DNA from: Gammaproteobacteria bacterium
Lineage (GTDB): Bacteria > Pseudomonadota > Gammaproteobacteria > JBCCGL01
Direction of reading: 5' to 3'
DNA: 64,000 nt
Assembly (NCBI GenBank): GCA_965277715.1
Contig: OZ255836.1
Span: forward strand, 3,936,001 to 4,000,000
Under the pieces are notes generated by a model. It was not told the origin of the DNA and made no database searches. It was given only the letters and a program-made list of their open reading frames with translations. Positions within the stretch are counted from its first letter, which is position 1, and every line of letters starts with the position of its first letter. Below are positions 59,144 to 64,000 of the stretch, piece by piece. A program made the translations under genes and the position numbers.

Positions 59144-61165
59144 ATGACTGATGACGCGCAAGTCGTGTTTACCCCCTCTGGCCGCCGTGGCCGCTTTGCC
59201 CAGGGCACCTCGGTGCTGGAGGCGGCACGTGCGCTGGGCGTCGACCTGGACTCGGTCTGTGGTGGCCGCGGCCTGTGTGGCCGCTGCCAGGTGATACAGA
59301 GTGTAGGCGAGTTTTCCAAGCACGGTATCAGCTCAAAAAAGACACACCTCTCTGCGTTCAGCCGCACCGAACAAGCCTACGAAAAACGCAATAGCCCACT
59401 GGTCGATGCGCGCAGGCTGGGGTGTTCGGCAAAGATCGAGGGCGATGTGGTGATCGATGTGCCTGCCGACAGCCAGGTACACCGCCAGGTGGTGCGCAAG
59501 CGCGCCGAGGTGCGCGACATCAACGTCGACCCGGTGGTGCGCCTGTATTACGTCGAAGTACAGGAACCCAATATGTACGACCCGACCGGTGATTTCAAGC
59601 GCCTGATCCAGGCGCTTGAATTTGAATGGCGGCTGACCGACCTGCGCTGGGGGGATCTGCGGGTGTTGCAGCGCTTACAGGCAAAATTGCGTGAGGGTGA
59701 GTGGAAGGTCACCGTCGCGGTGCACAACAACAACCAGGTAATCGGTGTTTGGCCGGGGTTTGTCGACCGCGTGTATGGCGTGGCGGTGGACCTTGGCTCG
59801 ACCACCATAGCGGCGCATTTATGTGACCTGTCCAGTGGTGAAGTGCTCGCCTCCGGCGGCGTAATGAACCCCCAAATTCGCTTTGGTGAAGACCTGATGA
59901 GCCGGGTTTCCTATGTGATGATGAACCCGGATGGGGTCGATGAAATGACCCGCGTTGTACGCGCCTCACTGGTCGAACTCACCCGTGAAATTGCCGCTGA
60001 AGCCGGGGTGAAAACCCGCGATATTATGGAGTACACCATCGTCGGCAACCCGGTGATGCACCACCTGCTGCTCGGCATCAACCCCATCGAACTGGGCGGC
60101 GCACCGTTTGCGCTGGCCACCGATGACGCTGTGCGCGTCTGGGCGGGTGAGCTGGACCTCGACATCCACCGCAATGGCCGCGTTTACGTACTACCCTGCA
60201 TCGCCGGGCATGTCGGCGCGGATGCCGCTGCCGTGTTACTCTCTGAGGCGCCGCACCTGCGCGAGGAAGTCTGCCTGATCGTCGATGTGGGCACCAATGC
60301 AGAGATTATTCTGGGCAATAACCGACGCCTGCTGGCGGCCTCCAGCCCCACCGGCCCGGCCTTTGAAGGCGCGCAAATTAGCTGCGGACAGCGCGCTGCC
60401 CCCGGTGCGATAGAGCGTGTACGCATCGACCCTGAAACACTGGAACCCAAATACAAAGTCATCGGTTGCGACTTGTGGTCAACCGATGAAGGCTTTGCCG
60501 AGGCGTCCAAAGTAGTGGGCGTCACGGGAGTCTGCGGTTCCGGGATCATCGAAGTCGTCGCGGAAATGTTCCTCGCCGGGATCATCACCGAGGATGGTGT
60601 GATCGATGGCGCCTGCGCCGGGCGCAATGCCCGTATCCACGCAGACGGGCGCACCTTCTCCTACCTACTACACACGGGCGATGTCGAACTGAAGATCAGC
60701 CAGAACGATATCCGCCAGATCCAACTGGCTAAGGCCGCGCTGTATGCCGGGGTGCGTTTGCTGATGGATCATATGTACATCGATAGCGTCGAGCGGATTC
60801 GCCTGGCGGGGGCATTTGGCAGTCATATCGACGTGAAATACGCCATGGTGCTGGGCATGATTCCCGATTGCAAACTGCAACACGTCACCTCGGCGGGCAA
60901 CGCAGCGGGCACCGGGGCGCGCATCGCCCTGCTGGACAAAAACTCCCGTGAGGAATTGGAATTACTGGTGCGCGATGTAGAGAAAATCGAAACAGCCGTT
61001 GAACCAAAATTTCAGGAACACTTTGTCGATGCGATGGCGATTCCACATAAAACCGCTGCATTTGTCCAGCTTGGCCACGTGGTTAAGTTGCCGCAACCGT
61101 CGGCAAAACCCGCCAGCAACCAGGACGATGATGGGCGTCGGCGTCGGCGCGCACGCAAACGGTAG
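59144..61165 (+). CDS. ASKHA-domain corrinoid reductive activator (RACo/RamA-like, DUF4445) with 2Fe-2S domain
   Basis: CGGRGLCGRC, VDLGSTT, VDVGTNAE, GPAFEG, GVCGSG, LAGAFG and GNAAG. Confidence 0.92.
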   Translation: MTDDAQVVFTPSGRRGRFAQGTSVLEAARALGVDLDSVCGGRGLCGRCQVIQSVGEFSKHGISSKKTHLSAFSRTEQAYEKRNSPLVDARRLGCSAKIEGDVVIDVPADSQVHRQVVRKRAEVRDINVDPVVRLYYVEVQEPNMYDPTGDFKRLIQALEFEWRLTDLRWGDLRVLQRLQAKLREGEWKVTVAVHNNNQVIGVWPGFVDRVYGVAVDLGSTTIAAHLCDLSSGEVLASGGVMNPQIRFGEDLMSRVSYVMMNPDGVDEMTRVVRASLVELTREIAAEAGVKTRDIMEYTIVGNPVMHHLLLGINPIELGGAPFALATDDAVRVWAGELDLDIHRNGRVYVLPCIAGHVGADAAAVLLSEAPHLREEVCLIVDVGTNAEIILGNNRRLLAASSPTGPAFEGAQISCGQRAAPGAIERVRIDPETLEPKYKVIGCDLWSTDEGFAEASKVVGVTGVCGSGIIEVVAEMFLAGIITEDGVIDGACAGRNARIHADGRTFSYLLHTGDVELKISQNDIRQIQLAKAALYAGVRLLMDHMYIDSVERIRLAGAFGSHIDVKYAMVLGMIPDCKLQHVTSAGNAAGTGARIALLDKNSREELELLVRDVEKIETAVEPKFQEHFVDAMAIPHKTAAFVQLGHVVKLPQPSAKPASNQDDDGRRRRRARKR

Positions 61166-61167
61166 GG

Positions 61168-61638
61168 TTGATGCCCGTAGCCATCATCATCAAAGCCACC
61201 GACCCCGCGCTGCCCGCAGCACAGACCCTAATCGCCGGGCTGGATGCCTATCAAGCGCCTATGTACCCTGCTGAGAGCAACCACCTCGATGCGCCCGATA
61301 CACTAAAAGCCCCCAACGTACACTTTCTCGGTGCGTTCCGTTATAACGCAATAATAGGCTGTGGCGCCGTTAAACTGCTCACCGGCTACGGTGAAATAAA
61401 ACGGGTATACGTGCCGCCGCGCAACCGGGGGTTGGGCATTGCAAAAAAACTGATGGCTGCGCTGGAAGGCATCATTATCGAAAGCCACCGACAATGGTCA
61501 CGCCTGGAAACCGGCATACACCAACCCGAGGCGATTGGCCTATACAGTGCGCTCGGCTATCAACACTGCGGCCCCTTTGGTGATTACCGTGAAGACCCGG
61601 TGAGCGTCTTTATGCAGAAAAAACTCACCAGCGATTAA
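61168..61638 (+). CDS. GNAT acetyltransferase
   Basis: GEIKRVYV, RGLGIA, RLETG and AIGLY. Confidence 0.88.
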   Translation: MMPVAIIIKATDPALPAAQTLIAGLDAYQAPMYPAESNHLDAPDTLKAPNVHFLGAFRYNAIIGCGAVKLLTGYGEIKRVYVPPRNRGLGIAKKLMAALEGIIIESHRQWSRLETGIHQPEAIGLYSALGYQHCGPFGDYREDPVSVFMQKKLTSD

Positions 61639-61689
61639 TTCAGGTAGGTATTATTAGCCTCACTGTTTCCTTTCTCTCCCAGAGTGTTT

Positions 61690-62475
61690 ATGTCCCCGTC
61701 CGCTTTTGATCTCGACGCGTTGTGTGTCTTTGCCCATTCACTGGCTGACTACGCACGCACCGTCAGTGGGCAATACTTCCGTCAGGCCTTGCCCATCGAT
61801 GCCAAAAACGATCAAACACCGGTCACCATCGCCGACCGTGAGATCGAGCGCGGTATGCGCGATATAATCGTGGCGCAGTACCCGCAGCACGGTATTTTTG
61901 GCGAGGAATTTGGCGCCGAAAATACGCAGAGCGAACTTGTCTGGGTACTCGACCCCATCGACGGGACACGGAGCTTTATCACCGGCACCCCGACCTTTGG
62001 CAGCTTGATCAGCCTGCTTGAAAATGGCACCCCCGTACTCGGTGTGATCGACATGGCAGCACTGGGTGAACGCTGGCTCGGTGGGCGTGAGCGAAAGGCC
62101 GAGATAAATGGTGAACGCTGTGCGGTGAGCGCATGTGAGGCCGTGCAAAGCTGTCGCCTGGCATCGACCTCGCCGGATATGTTTACCGAAGCCGAGCTGG
62201 GCGGGTTTAAACGGTTGCTGACAAAGACAGCCTTCTACCGCTACGGGGGGGATTGTTACAACTACGCCTTGCTGGCGTCTGGGCATATCGATTTAGTTGT
62301 CGAGGCTGACCTGCAACCCTACGATTACTGCGCACTGGTGCCGGTGGTGGAAAGCGCGGGTGGTTGTATCAGTGACTGGCAGGGCAAGCCACTGACGATG
62401 CAGTCGAGTGGGCATGTTGTGGCATCGGCGACCCAGAAGCTGCACCGCGAGGCCTTGGATATTTTGAATGCTTAA
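61690..62475 (+). CDS. Inositol-monophosphatase-family phosphatase, HisN-like
   Basis: PVTIAD, GEE, WVLDPIDGTRSF, GGDCYNY and PYDY. Confidence 0.85.
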   Translation: MSPSAFDLDALCVFAHSLADYARTVSGQYFRQALPIDAKNDQTPVTIADREIERGMRDIIVAQYPQHGIFGEEFGAENTQSELVWVLDPIDGTRSFITGTPTFGSLISLLENGTPVLGVIDMAALGERWLGGRERKAEINGERCAVSACEAVQSCRLASTSPDMFTEAELGGFKRLLTKTAFYRYGGDCYNYALLASGHIDLVVEADLQPYDYCALVPVVESAGGCISDWQGKPLTMQSSGHVVASATQKLHREALDILNA

Positions 62476-62513
62476 TCGCTGCCGGGTTTATTGAAAATTT
62501 TCACCCTCACCCC

Positions 62514-63797
62514 TCATCCCTCAATCCCAGCAAACGCCTGCCCAGCCAATTCAACAGTCCTATCAATATCCTCTTCACTGTGCGCCGCTGAGACAAAACC
62601 GGCTTCAAATGCCGAGGGTGCCAGGTAACAGCCCGCCGATAGCATGGCATTGAAATAGTGTACAAACCGCTTTACATCACACTGCATGACATCGGCAAAG
62701 CACTGTATCGGCCCCTCGCTAAAAAATACCCCAAACATGCCACCGGCCTGGTTGGTCGTTAATGCGATGCCGGATTGCGCTGCCGCTGTGCGCAGGCCCT
62801 CGGTTAGGCGTGTGGTTTTCATTGTCAGTTGTTCAAAAAAACCTGGTTCGCTGATCAATTCCAGGGTGGTCAAGCCGGCAACCATTGCCACTGGGTTGCC
62901 CGATAATGTGCCTGCCTGGTAGACGGGGCCAAGTGGGGCGATGTGTTGCATAATCTCCCTGCGGCCACCGAATGCACCGACGGGCATACCACCGCCGATA
63001 ACCTTGCCGAGAGTGGTCAAATCCGGCGCGACAGAATAGTGCGCCTGCGCCCCTCCCAAGGCCACGCGAAACCCTGTCATTACCTCATCAAAAATCAATA
63101 CCGCCCCCGCCTTATCGCATACCTCGCGCAGCGTTTCGAGAAAACCTGGCAGGGGGGGCACACAATTCATATTGCCGGCCACCGGCTCGACGATAATACA
63201 GGCGATTTTGTCACCGTGCTGGGTAAAATAGTCGCGCACTTGCTGTGCATCGTTGTAATCCAGCGTCACCGTATGCCCGGCCACTGAGTCAGGTACACCG
63301 GGGGAGCTGGGTACACCTAGCGTCAATGCCCCTGATCCGGCTTTGACCAGCAGCGAATCGGCGTGGCCATGATAGCAGCCTTCAAATTTGACAATGGTGT
63401 CACGCCCGGTAAAGCCGCGTGCCAGACGAATAGCCGACATGGTGGCCTCGGTACCGGAGCTCACCATGCGCACATGCTCTATTGAAGGCATCAGCGTGCA
63501 AACGCGTTCAGCCAATGCCGTTTCCAGCCGGGTGGGGGCGCCAAAACTCAACCCTTTTGCAGCGGTTTCCTGAACTGCCTGGATAACTTTTGGGTGGGCG
63601 TGGCCCAGTACCATCGGCCCCCAGGAACCAACGTAATCGATATAGCGCTTGCCATCGACATCCTCTACATAGGCGCCATTGGCACGTTCGATAAAGACGG
63701 GCGATCCACCAACACTGCCGAATGCCCGCACGGGCGAATTAACACCGCCGGGTATGGAGAGGCTGGCTTGATTGAGCAGCGATTGGGACGCGTTCAT
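62514..63797 (-). CDS. hemL: Glutamate-1-semialdehyde 2,1-aminomutase
   Basis: [34 protein letters not shown] and QAGTLSGNP. Confidence 0.97.
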   Translation of the reverse strand: MNASQSLLNQASLSIPGGVNSPVRAFGSVGGSPVFIERANGAYVEDVDGKRYIDYVGSWGPMVLGHAHPKVIQAVQETAAKGLSFGAPTRLETALAERVCTLMPSIEHVRMVSSGTEATMSAIRLARGFTGRDTIVKFEGCYHGHADSLLVKAGSGALTLGVPSSPGVPDSVAGHTVTLDYNDAQQVRDYFTQHGDKIACIIVEPVAGNMNCVPPLPGFLETLREVCDKAGAVLIFDEVMTGFRVALGGAQAHYSVAPDLTTLGKVIGGGMPVGAFGGRREIMQHIAPLGPVYQAGTLSGNPVAMVAGLTTLELISEPGFFEQLTMKTTRLTEGLRTAAAQSGIALTTNQAGGMFGVFFSEGPIQCFADVMQCDVKRFVHYFNAMLSAGCYLAPSAFEAGFVSAAHSEEDIDRTVELAGQAFAGIEG

Positions 63798-63933
63798 TGA
63801 GGTACCTGTGAGACGGTTGCAAAAGTGAATTCTAACTTTTTTTAAGATCAATACCTAAGATGTTCGGAGCATATTCAGCGGATTAATTTAGGGTAAACTA
63901 CACGGCTTTCAAAAAGTAGATATAGAGCAGGCG

Positions 63934-64000
63934 ATGAGCTACAAAAAGTATATGTGCGTGGTATGCGGCTGGATTTACGACGAGGAGGCCGGTGATCCCG
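63934..64000 (+). CDS. Rubredoxin (5' part; runs off the window)
   Basis: MSYKKYMCVVCGWIYDEEAGDP; divergent from hemL. Confidence 0.88.
   Translation, partial: MSYKKYMCVVCGWIYDEEAGDP

Overview
Chromosomal window of a marine-type gammaproteobacterium. This is inferred from conserved neighbourhoods such as lptD-surA, arsC-wrbA-DUF2069 and hemL-rubredoxin. Metabolic content: (i) a methylated-amine/betaine demethylation system in two parts. One part has a non-pyrrolysine MttB, a regulator, an FAD oxidase and a dimethylglycine-dehydrogenase-like enzyme (10-17 kb). The other has fhs plus a corrinoid protein/DUF1638/pterin methyltransferase/ASKHA activator operon (53-61 kb). (ii) An AT-richer catabolic island with a TTT transporter, P450, glutamine-synthetase-like ligase and protocatechuate-dioxygenase-like pair. 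(iii) A qmoAB-hdrCB sulfur-metabolism operon. (iv) An FNR-box-controlled NirK-cytochrome c operon. (v) An nhaR/nhaA locus. Most notable: a tandem array of five near-identical Rpn (PD-(D/E)XK) nuclease genes whose coiled-coil tails differ by exact heptad multiples and that carry candidate internal antitoxin starts; the array lies in a segmental duplication with reciprocal gene loss. Also a bacterial TMEM65 homologue between nhaR and nhaA, shared poly-Arg tails on three predicted partners of an acidic corrinoid protein, and three families of small inverted-repeat elements, one with a filled/empty-site pair and 5-bp target duplication. No rRNA, tRNA or CRISPR array was recognised. All calls come from reading motifs by eye, with no database search.
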